The position numbers and the translations under genes were made by a program. The notes beneath the pieces were generated by a model. The model saw nothing but the letters and a program-made list of their open reading frames with translations. It had not been told where the DNA came from and searched no databases. A stretch of 62,344 nt of DNA, filler included, from Chiloscyllium plagiosum (lineage: Eukaryota), in NCBI RefSeq assembly GCF_004010195.1. It is 4 parts of one record of this genome, joined end to end, with 100 filler letters (N's around TTAATTAATTAA, not from the genome) between each part and the next. Parts side by side here need not be neighbours in the genome. Positions count along the whole stretch, not along the records: positions 1 to 21,821 come from NC_057714.1; positions 21,922 to 42,974 come from NC_057714.1; 2 more parts are not named here. The stretch is one strand, 5' to 3'. Position 1 is the first letter of the stretch. Each line of letters begins with the position of its first letter. Positions 12,954-22,848 of this stretch are shown here, in pieces.

Positions 12954-15034
12954 CTCTGTCAACACTATGTTAAGCTTGAAGATCATAAGATCCTGATTGA
13001 CATACAATGTGTTCTCAATTACCTCTGAGAGTAAGTCAGAATTCAGCAGTATGAAGAATTTTCTTTGAATGCAGCTGGGTGTGCTATGACATACCTCTAT
13101 AATCCTCATGAGATGTGAGGTTTGAACTCTGACCTTTTGGCCCAGAGGTAGGAAGAAGCCACTGTGCCATGGGACACTTTAATATGTAACAAGCAAGCAA
13201 AGCAACTTTTGCTCCTACTTGCAAACTGAAGGATTGATAAGATATCTGCCAGTTTTGAACTGGGGACTTTTCATATGTGAAACAAAAGTGATAACTACTA
13301 GACTGCAGCAACTCTGCAAATTAGAAATATTATAAGCTCAGTCGGTGAGATTCAAGCCTGCTTGCAGAGACCCCAGTGTGTTTCAAATTCATCATTTAAC
13401 ACTCGGTCATGACTACAGGAACATTGAATTGGTATGAGGAATGTTGACATTCTCAAGTGTAAATTGAAGGCAGATATATACTCTGTGTAATCTCTGGACT
13501 CCTGATGACTGCGTAGCCCTTTTGGAGGCCTCACATTCCAGCCCTGAACTCCATCTCCTTTCAATAAAGCAGTTATTCACATCTCCCACACTGGTTGCTG
13601 TTTTTCAATGTCAAAACATTATTGCACAGTTGATCTTCAGATCCATTTGGTAATATTATGACATTACATTATGACTTGCAGCTTTGGTCTGTGACCCACA
13701 TATTAGTTCCTGTATGGTTATCTTTGTGATCCTGATGATACTGCACACTCTCTGCATTTCTTTTCAGCCTCTTCACAGGACCATCCATGTCTCTGCATTA
13801 TCCTGAAGTTCCAGACTAACAAGATATTGATCGCCTTGCTGGCTCTGCACCCATATCAAATCCAGACTGACCATGACTGGTCTTGACAACACTCCCATTC
13901 CCCCAGATACCACACCATCTCTCTGATTAACCACCAGGTCCCACTCTACTATCCCAGTTGCAACCTGTCATTGTTACTATTCCCTGAGCCAATGAATACA
14001 ACCAAGCCAGTCCACAGATTTGAGCTACCCACCACTTTCATGTCACCGAGGATTGAGCTTTAAACCTCTCTGGCCCAACACCTGAACAGATTTTGTAACA
14101 TGTCCCAAACTAAGCAACCAGAAAAGCCTGGGCTGGTTTTGCTTAGCTACCAGGATTTGACCATTGCCCAGTCCGCAGACTGAAGCAACACAGAACCCCG
14201 AACTTTGCATTAGATCAACTGCCTTACTGATTGTGGGTAACCCTTCATCATAGACATAGTCCAGCCCCACAGTCGCTGAGGTGGTACTCCCTGACTGACT
14301 GGTCTAGCCTTGTTTCACTAAGTATGCTTCCCCTATGACTTCCACATCTTGTATGATCTGTCACTCACCGTGTGTTTGCCATGTGTAGTACTTGCACAAC
14401 CTGGGATATTGGCACAGCACAGCACAGTGTTGTGCATCGCCATATCCCTTTGCTTTTGTTGTTACTTAGTTGGGAGTAGCAATGGCCCAGGGAGAGATCC
14501 TGTCTTAGTCAACATAGTCATGCAGTGTTCCAGAACGTGAGGAGAAGGAGCATGCCTAGGAAAGCTGTGTATGTAGCTGGACTGGAGACAGAGTACCCAA
14601 TATAATGAGTACATGCTTTGTTTTTCCAGTCAGGTTGTGAAGTGAGGAGTACCTCGATTTAGTACTGAGGAGGTACCTCGGTACCTAATTTTATTTAGTT
14701 GGATAATTAATGTGATGAAGATATCAGCTGCTTGCCACTTGATGTTGAGAAAGTGATCTTGCTGTCCACAGACAAAAGACTTAATTGGAATAGTTTAACT
14801 CAACCGCCAGAATCTAATGTTTGGATTCCCATCCAATTAATTCATCACACTTTTCATTATTCTCAACATCTCAGGAAGGGGAAGTTCCAGAATTTACATG
14901 ATTAGATTTTTGAACAGCTGAGGAATCTTTGAACTTACAACATGTTTTCCAGAATGGCACCCTAAGCACTTTTAAAAATCATCTACGGTCACAATTTCAT
15001 GAACTTGGGATTAACAAATTTGCACAGTGACTTT

Positions 15035-15772
15035 CCGTATCCACTCGAGTAATATTCACTCTCATGTAAAAGTCGACACCCTCTTTTTGACCAAATAACC
15101 CGGAACTTTCCATGTATCTCATGTAAAAGTTGCTCCGAGTTCTTCAAAGATCAATGTTTATGAGTCAGTGTGCCAGCCATCACATCCTGCTCCAACTTTC
15201 CAGTCTGCTGGTTGTTCCGCTCCACTCCTGGTCTTTCAGCCCTCTGGCTGTTGTGCTCCACTCCAGGTTTTCAGAATTACCATAACTTATTTTGTTTTTC
15301 TTTATTCATTTAGAGATCAGTTGGGCTTCTGCTAATGATAATGTATGAACTTTGACGAATATGAATTTCAGCCCCTTAAAAGTAGTATCCATGTAATAGT
15401 TGACCCCATAAATTTAGCCTTAAAAAGTTAGATTAGATTAGATTCCCTACAATGTGGAAACAGGCCCTTTGGCCCAACAAGTCCACAACGACCCTCCACA
15501 GAGCAACCCACCCGTTCCCCTACATTTATCCATGACTACTCCACCTAACACTATGGACAATTTACCATGGCCAATTCACCTGACCTGACAGGAGGAAACC
15601 GGTGCACCCGGAGGAAACCCACACAGACACAGGGAGAATGTGCAAACTCCACACAGCCAATTGCCCGAGGTGGGAATCAAACCAGGGTCCCTGGCGCTGT
15701 GAGGCAGCAGTGCTAACCACTGAGCCACTGTGCCATTGGTCAAAAGTTTGACTATTACTTGACTAGGTATGG
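15035..15772. mobile_element. Tc1/mariner-type MITE, interrupted by a SINE
   Basis: Imperfect 24-bp TIRs ccgtatccactcgagtaatattca / tgactattacttgactaggtatgg (18/24 match), TA on the right flank, and repeated internal catgtaaaagt(c/t)g motifs. Confidence 0.6.
15428..15735 (-). mobile_element. HE1-type V-SINE (tRNA-derived)
   Basis: Reverse strand: tggcacagtggctcagtggttagcactgctgcctcacagcgccagggac (A/B-box head), V-domain gtggagtttgcacattctccc...gggtttcctccgggtgc, and a (tctaa)n tail. Confidence 0.9.
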
Positions 15773-16587
15773 TAGTTATGCAATAAGGCACGAATCTTAT
15801 GTGAGGAATCAATGGCCTTTGCTAGTTCAGTCTTCAGAAAGCTTCAAATAAGTAGTTGGGTTAATTTCTCCTTGGGATAATTTCTCACGTTTCTCCCTTC
15901 CCACTAACCACTACTGATGCGAAGGGAAAGGATTTTTTAAAAATATCAAAACTTAGTTTTATGTGATCAGTAGATAATTTGTACGTATCTGTCTCTTTGG
16001 TTGTGTGCAATGGTGTTCCATCGAAACTCAAATTATGGTTTAACATTTCTGTGCTGTTTTAGTTAGAAGCTGGGATCCAATGATAAACTGTGAAGTGAAA
16101 TGTTTGCACACTTTTTGGAAGTGTATTGCAGTGCCCTAGTCCAGTTGTGTCCATGTGTACCGAGCCCAAAGGCATGACAACTCCAAAGTTCTTCCAAACC
16201 TTCCTTCAAATAACATTTACAAGTTGAATAAAAATGCAACTGTGGCTGGAGAGAAACAGTGAGTGATATTTTAAAAGATATGTTTCACAAACAACAAATA
16301 GATGTTGGGCTTAAAAATACTTGGGAAAGACCATTAAACCCACACAGTCCAAAACACTTTTAATCTACCACCATCTTGTCATATAATTAAAAATTAAATG
16401 TTTTGAAAATCCATTGTTTTCTTTAAAATTCATTTATCTGCTTAAATGACCTTGGATGTTAATTATTCCAAGTCAGTCACCTTTTAGATTTGAAAAAAAC
16501 TTCAACCTGAGTTTACTTGTTGTTCTTGACTTTATAGGTGCATGAACAAATCAATGTGAATAACAGATGTTGAGCACAAATGATCAA

Positions 16588-16919
16588 TTTAGATTAGATT
16601 AGATTACTTAGATTACTTAGTGTGGAAACAGGTCCTTCGGCCGAACAAGTCCACACCGACCCGCCGAAGCGCAACCCACCCAGACCCATTCCCCTACATT
16701 TACCCCTTCACCTCACACTACAGGCAATTTAGCATGGCAAACTCACCTAACCTGCACATTTTTGGACTGTGGGAGAAAACCGGAGCATCTGGAGGAAACT
16801 CACGCAGACACGGGGAGAATGTGCAAACTCCACACAATCAGTCGCCTGAGGTCAGAATTGAACCCAGGTCTCTGGCGCTGTGAGGCAGCAGTGCTAACCA
16901 CTGTGCCATCGTGCCGCCC
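16588..16919 (-). mobile_element. HE1-type V-SINE, full length
   Basis: Reverse strand starts gggcggcacgatggcacagtggttagcactgctgcctcacagcgcc, then V-domain and (tctaa)n tail. Confidence 0.92.
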
Positions 16920-17204
16920 ACATTTACACCGTTTTTTTTTTAGATTTTTGCCAGTTTTTCTTTCACTTTGCCTTCCGTTTTCTGAAATTGTTGATCCTTT
17001 GTTGCAGCGCAGATACTGGGTGCCCTCCAGTATCTCCTCTAATATCATGTAACCCTTGTCATGAGTGTCAGCAGGTTCTTCCAATGTCAGAGGTTGACTT
17101 TTATTTCTGACCTTGTGCAATACCCTCACGGCCTTATTTCGTACAAATACCACAAGGTAATGTTCAAGAGTTAAAATCCTGACTAGGCAAAAGATAAAGT
17201 CTTT

Positions 17205-17403
17205 CTAGTTCCAGAGGACCATAAGGCTGCTCTCTCATTAGAGAGTGATAACGGATGGTGGTTTAGTCTAAGGATTACCAGTTCTCTGGTGAGATTGAGA
17301 AGAGTCCTTTATTGCTTCCTCGGACAGTGCAGGAATTGAATCCATGCTGTTGGCATCAGTCTGCATCTCAAATCAGCTGTCCAGCCAGCTGAGCTATCTG
17401 ACC
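17205..17403 (-). mobile_element. Old tRNA-derived SINE
   Basis: Reverse strand begins ggtcagatagctcagctggctggacagctg...ggattcaattcctgc (A-box and B-box-like), with no complete cloverleaf. Confidence 0.5.
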
Positions 17404-19246
17404 AATATTCACATCCCCTACCTATTCTTTCTTCTATCCAGGGCCATTTCTTGCTCCCCTTTGTTTACCCCAGTTGCAGTCAATAAACTCAGTCTAGACG
17501 GAGATTGAATTTGGCTGAACCGTAGGTGGAGTAAATTCATGCAGCTTGAAGCCAACTTGCAATGTTGTAGTGTAAAAGCTGGAGACCGAAAGAAAAATAA
17601 ACCCTCCAGTCTAACCTGTGACATTTTAAGATATCAATGGGACAATTTCCAACTCCCCAAGCAAGAATATTAGGAAATCATTGGCATGCTGCCCCCACGC
17701 TCTCAGTCACTCATTTCTATGGATTGGAAACTGTGGGCAGCGTGCCACTATTTTCAGGTCTGCCTACCATCAGGCAAGGATGCCGACTGACAGAGCAAAT
17801 TTGAGGAATTGACTGCTCAAATGTCACCAATGCAGACATCAGTTAAGAAACCAGGAACCGCTGGTTGTTGGTAATTTGCCAGGATCTTAGAATGCAATGT
17901 TGTTATAATGGAAGGTTTTTCAATGAGCTTTTGGCTGGTGCCTGACCAAATTCTCTTCATTTCCTTTCTTTTACAGCTGGCAATAATTCAAATATTAACT
18001 TTGTATTTTGTTATAATGAGAATTATAAATTAACACATTAAATGGAAATTAGAAAGAGATTTCTTAACCTATCAGATGAACTGCTTTTACATGGTGCATA
18101 GGATTCCTCCAAAGATCATCAGTGAAATAATGAATGTCATTCCTGGGCTCTAGTAAACAAACTGAAAGCTATTTCATAACATTTACTTCTCAGTGAGGTA
18201 CAAGTATACTAAAATAGATCTTGAGGTTTTTCATTATAAATATTTATACCTTTAAAGTTTGGACTTCAGTTAACCGATATCTCTTAAACAAGACTTGATG
18301 ACTGAATATTTGTCAATGTGTATGCAAAAAATAATTGGAAGATTGCTGTGCTAAAGACATCGTATAATAAACTCACCACGTTTGCTATTAGTGCAATGGC
18401 ATCATAATATTTCTGCACTAATGCATAGTGACTGACTTCAACTCTGCATTTCCTTGGTGTTGGTTATGGTATGTAAATTCATTAGGCATTCTGGTTGAAA
18501 TTTATATTGCATTATCATTTTGGAATATGATACAGTAAGATGCTTAGCGCCACATGGGGCTACATTGCTTTCTGATGATTAAGAAATTAGTACATGGTAA
18601 AGATTCAGATGTTTAGTTTCCTGAGCAGATGATGCTTGTTCACATCAAGCACATTCTAAGCTTGATTATGTACAAATTTTAATTCGGCTGAAGTACTGTG
18701 GCTTCCATTCCCATGATCTGTTTTGTACAAAGGTTTCGCAGAATTTATACTTTCAAAACTCTTTTTTCCCCTTTATCTGCCCAACGCAACCAACCCAGGG
18801 AATCAGCGAGGTCAGATAGGGAGCTGTACTGATATCACTCAGAGGTTTGCTGATTCATTGGGCAGTCCGGCTAAGTGCTCAAAGTGGTGGACAACAGTGA
18901 GTCCTGAGGGTCGGCCCATTAAATGTCAAGATGGGATTATTAGGGGCTACTACTGTAAAAGAAAAGCTGGGAAAATTAATTGCAGGGATTGGAGGTAGCA
19001 TGCTGGGATGCTGAGCGGATACAATTTGGAAGGGAGTTAACTCAAGATACCAAAAAGGGTGACAATAGAGTATTGAAAGGAGCGGAATAATGCACGATTT
19101 TGTTTGGGATTGAAGTTGGTAAAGTGGGGAGATGAAAACTTAGACAAATTAGGTGAGAAAGTAGGGAAGTTCAAAACTGATGGGGTTGGTGAGATGGATT
19201 ACCAAATGTGGATGAGCATATTTGAGGGTTCGCCAAAGGATAAAAG

Positions 19247-20719
19247 GACAATAGACAATAGACAGTAGGTTCAGGAGTAGGCCATTCTGCCCTTCGAGCC
19301 TGCACCACCATTCTAAGAAGGAAATACGCAGAGAAAAAATGAGGTACGAAGGTAAACTGACCAAAAATATAAAGGAGGATAGTAAAAGCTTTTTTAGGTA
19401 TGTGAAAGGGAAAAAAATGGTGAAGACTAAAATTGGGCCCTTGAAGACATATCCCAGTGTACTGAAGGAGGTGGCTCGGGAAATCGTGGATGCGTTGGTG
19501 ATTATTTTCCAGAGTTCGATAGATTCAGGATCAGTTCCTGTGGATTGGAGGGTGGCTAATGTTGTACCACATTTTAAGAAAGGTGGGAGAGAGAAAGCAG
19601 GAAATTATAGACCAGTTAGTCTGACCTCAGTGGTGGGAAAGATGCTGGAGTCAATTATAAAGGATGAAATTATGACACATCTGGATAGTAGTAACAGGAT
19701 AGGTCAGAGTCAGCATGGATTTATAAAGGGGAAATCATGCATAACTAATCTTCTGGAATCTTTTGAGGCTGTAACTCTGAAGATGGACAAGGGAGATCCA
19801 GTGGATTTTCAGAAAGCCTTTGATAAAGTCCCACATAGGAGGATAGTGAGCAAAATTAGGGTGCATGGTATTGGGGGCAAAGTACGGTACCGCAGGGATC
19901 AGTGCTGGGACCGCAGCTTTTTACAATATATATTAATGATATAGAAGATGATATTAATAGTAATATTAGAAAATTTGCTGATGATACAAAGCTGGGTGGC
20001 AGGGTGAAATGTGAGGAGGATGTTAGGAGATTACAGGGTGACCTGGACAGGTTAGGTAAGCGGACAGATGCATGGCAGATGCAGTTTAATGTGGATAAAT
20101 GTGTGGTTATCCACTTTGGTGGCAAGAACAGGAAGTCAGATTGCTACCTAAATGGAGTCAAGTTAGATAAAGGGGCAGTACAAAGAGATCTGGGTGTTCT
20201 TGTATACCAGTCAATGAAGGCAAGCATGCAGGTACAGCAGGTAGTGAAGAAAGCTAATAGCATGCTGGCCTTCATAACAAGAGGGATTGAGTATAGAAGC
20301 AAAGAGGTTCTTTTGCAGCTGTACAGGGCCCTGGTGAGCAGACATTCTGGCTATTGAGGGAGTGCAACGTAGGTTCACGAGGTCAATTCCTGGAATGGCG
20401 GAACTATCTTATGTCGAAAGATTGGAGCGACCGGGCTTGTATACCCTTGAGCTTAGAAGACAGAGGGGATCTGATTGAGACGTATAAAATTATTAAAGGA
20501 TTGGACACTCTGGAGGCAGGAAACATGTTTCCGCTGATGGGTGAGTCCCGAACCAGAGGACACAGCTTAAAAATAAGGGGTAGGCCATTTAGGACAGAGA
20601 TGAGGAGAAACTTCTTCACCCAGAGAGTGGTGGCTGTGTGGAATGCTCTGCCTCAGAAGGCAGTGGAGGCCAAGTCTCTGGATTCGTTTAAGAAAGAGTT
20701 GGATAGAGCTCTCAAGGAT
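19247..20719. mobile_element. CR1 LINE, internally deleted, with inverted 3' tail (19247-19312 minus; RT 19313-20719 plus)
   Basis: ORFs contain CR1 RT motifs WRVANVVPHFKKG, NYRPVSLTSVVGKMLE, SQHGF, DFQKAFDKVPH, LGPQLFTIYINDI, KFADDTK, WQMQFNVDKC and RGDLIETYKI. The (ctattgt)n tail is reverse-oriented at the left end. Confidence 0.92.
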
Positions 20720-20937
20720 GAGGTTGAGACTCCGAGTAATGGAAACGTTAGAGGTGATTTTATTGAAACAAGTAAGAGGTGGCTGTGTGGAATGCTCTGC
20801 CTCAGAAGGCAGTGGAGGCCAAGTCTCTGGATTCGTTTAAGAAAGAGTTGGATAGAGCTCTCAAGGTTGAGGTTGAGACTCCGAGTAGACCTATGTTAAT
20901 GGAAACGTTAGAGGTGATTTTATTGAAACAAGTAAGA
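20629..20937 (+). repeat. Tandem duplication (149 + 160 bp) across a LINE/flank junction
   Basis: 20629-20777 and 20778-20937 are near-identical; the first copy lacks 11 bp present in the second. Confidence 0.9.
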
Positions 20938-21295
20938 TCTTAAGAGAACTGGATAGGGTGAATAGCAAGAGGCTCTCACTTGTCAGAGGAAACTAAGGGG
21001 ATGCAGTTTATCGATGATAGGTGTTCCTTTTAAGATTGTTTTCCCTCTCAATAATTAGTGCTTGGAATAATCTTCTGCAGAGAGCAGTAGAGGCCATGTC
21101 TTTAAATTTTATTTGAGGCTGAGTTAGATAATTTTTCAATTTTACAAGGTAGTCAGGGGTTTGTGTGATGCAGACAGGAAAGTGGAGTTGAGACTGCAAT
21201 GAGATTGGCCATGACCTTATTGAATAATGGAGCAGGTTTGAAGAGTCTATTTTTAAGTTCCTCCTCCTAAGTCCTGTGTTCTTGTGTTCCTATAA
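20898..21295 (+). mobile_element. Older decayed CR1 3' end (probable host of the younger CR1)
   Basis: agaggtgattttattgaaaca...cttggaataatcttctgcagagagcagtagaggc...ttgaataatggagcaggtttgaag. Confidence 0.6.
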
Positions 21296-21309
21296 CAGTT
21301 CTTGTTTCA

Positions 21310-21600
21310 CAGGCAACAAAGTATTTCTGAAACACAGTGTTGTAATGTCAGCATGTACAGCAATAACTCCCAAACAGCAATGATAATTATTTATCCTTTA
21401 GCTAACAAATATTGGTCAGGACACCAGGAAAACTCTCTTGTCTGTCTTTGATTCATGCCAGGACATCTGCCAGAACAGTCTGTACACTGTGTTATGAGGG
21501 AGCTTGTCTTAACATCTACTTCAGAAGACATACCTGAAATGCAGCCCTCCCTCGTTACTGAACTGGGGTGTTAAAGCATGAATCAACAATCTTCGAATTT
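21310..21600 (-). mobile_element. Deu-domain SINE remnant (SacSINE1/AmnSINE1-like)
   Basis: ctcccaaacagcaatga...aaatattggtcaggacaccagg...aactctcttg is the reverse complement of the motif set at 50430-50695. Confidence 0.5.
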
Positions 21601-21821
21601 AACATGAAACCAAACTAGCATTTAATTGATTAGCTGTGCTGTGAGCTTACGGACTAGGGTGTGTGGCTATATTGTCCACTGCTGAAAATGTGTTGCTGGA
21701 AAAGCGCAGCAGGTCAGGCAGCATCCAGGGAACAGGAGAATCGACGTTTCGGGCATAAGCCCTTCTTCAGGAATGAGGAAAGTTTGTCCAGCAGGCTAAG
21801 ATAAAAGGTAGGGAGGAGGGA

Positions 21822-21921
21822 NNNNNNNNNNNNNNNNNNNNNNNNNNNNNNNNNNNNNNNNNNNNTTAATTAATTAANNNNNNNNNNNNNNNNNNNNNNN
21901 NNNNNNNNNNNNNNNNNNNNN
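21822..21921. other. Assembly gap: 44 N + TTAATTAATTAA + 44 N
   Basis: Fixed 100-bp linker with stops in all six frames. Confidence 0.97.
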
Positions 21922-22258
21922 TGCAGGTCCTTGGACTCCTCCATCGCCAGACCATAGCAACACCACGGCTGGAGGAAGAGCGCCTCATCTTCCGCCTAGG
22001 AACCCTCCAACCACAAGGGATGAACTCAGATTTCTCCAGTTTCCTCATTTCCCCTCCCCCCACCTTGTCTCAGTCCCAACCCTCGAACTCAGCACCACCT
22101 TCCTAACCTGCAATCTTCTTCCTGACCTCTCCACTCCCACCCCCACTCCGGCCTATCACCCTCACCTTAATCTCCTTCCACCTATCACATTTCCAACGCC
22201 CCTCCCCCAAGTTCCTCCTCCCTACCTTTTATCTTAGCCTGCTTGGCACACTTTCCTC

Positions 22259-22294
22259 ATTCCTGAAGAAGGGCTCATGCCCGAAACGTCGATT
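22259..22294 (+). ncRNA. Minimal type I hammerhead ribozyme motif
   Basis: CUGAAGA (22263-22269), A, helix II GGGC-ucau-GCCC, GAAA, CG, UC. Palindromic ACGU helix III, GUC triplet ending at 22290, weak helix I. An inverted copy lies at 21743-21770. Confidence 0.65.
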
Positions 22295-22400
22295 CTCCTG
22301 CTCCTTGGATGCTGCCTGATCTGCTGCATAGAGGGAATTAGACACTGTTCAGGCAAATGGGATTAGGTTAGAATAGTATCATGGTTGGTACACACATCAA

Positions 22401-22848
22401 GAAGGGTTTGAGCTATAGAGAGAGGCAGAATAAGCAAGGGCTGTTTTGCGTGCAGCATTGAATGCTGAGGGGTGATGTCATAGAGATTCATAAAATCATG
22501 AGGAGCATGGATAGATTAAACAGACAAGGTCTTTTAGAGATGGGGGAGTCCAGAACTAGAGGGCATATGTTTAGGGTGAGAGGGGAAAGATTTAAAAGGG
22601 ATCTAAGGGGCAAATGTTTCACACAGATGCATGGAATGAGCTGCCAGAGTAAGTGGTGGTGGGTGTTGGTATAATTACAGCATTTAAAATGCATCTGGAT
22701 AGGTATATGAATATGAAGGTTTAAAGGGATATGGGCTAAATGCTGGCAAATGGGACTAGTTTAATTCAGGATATTTGGTTGGCATGGATAAGTTGGACTG
22801 AAGGGTCTGTTGCCATGCTGTACATCTCTCCGACTCTATGACTCTATG
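22401..22848 (+). mobile_element. HER1/CR1 LINE 3' end
   Basis: LRGDVIEIHKIMR...GESRTRGH coding remnant and an (actctatg)n tail. Confidence 0.88.

Larger units (their letters stand above)
21681..22327 (+). mobile_element. Penelope-like retroelement: inverted terminus, gap, GIY-YIG C-terminus, 3' terminus with hammerhead
   Basis: 21924-22106 encodes QVLGLLHRQTIATPRLEEERLIFRLGTLQPQGMNSDF...*, the R..E...I..L.T..P.G.N end of PLE GIY-YIG endonucleases. 21704-21820 is the imperfect reverse complement of about 22212-22327. Confidence 0.85.

Noticed and set aside
14644..14686. Clustered gagg(a/g)tacctc mini-palindromes
   Set aside because: Too short; consistent with a local microduplication.
16840..16919. 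tRNA-like sequence with A/B boxes (also 15660-15735 and 17320-17403)
   Set aside because: These are SINE heads, with no full cloverleaf and continuing into SINE bodies.
17950..18045. Strong polypyrimidine tract and AG (ttcctttcttttacag) as a possible next TNS3 exon
   Set aside because: The phase-1 frame gives AGNNSNINFVFCYNENYKLTH*, with no tensin similarity and no donor. It would need RNA-seq support.
21866..21877. Palindromic TTAATTAATTAA repeated three times (also 43019 and 58834)
   Set aside because: Always centred in 44+44 Ns; a synthetic six-frame-stop scaffolding linker, not biology.
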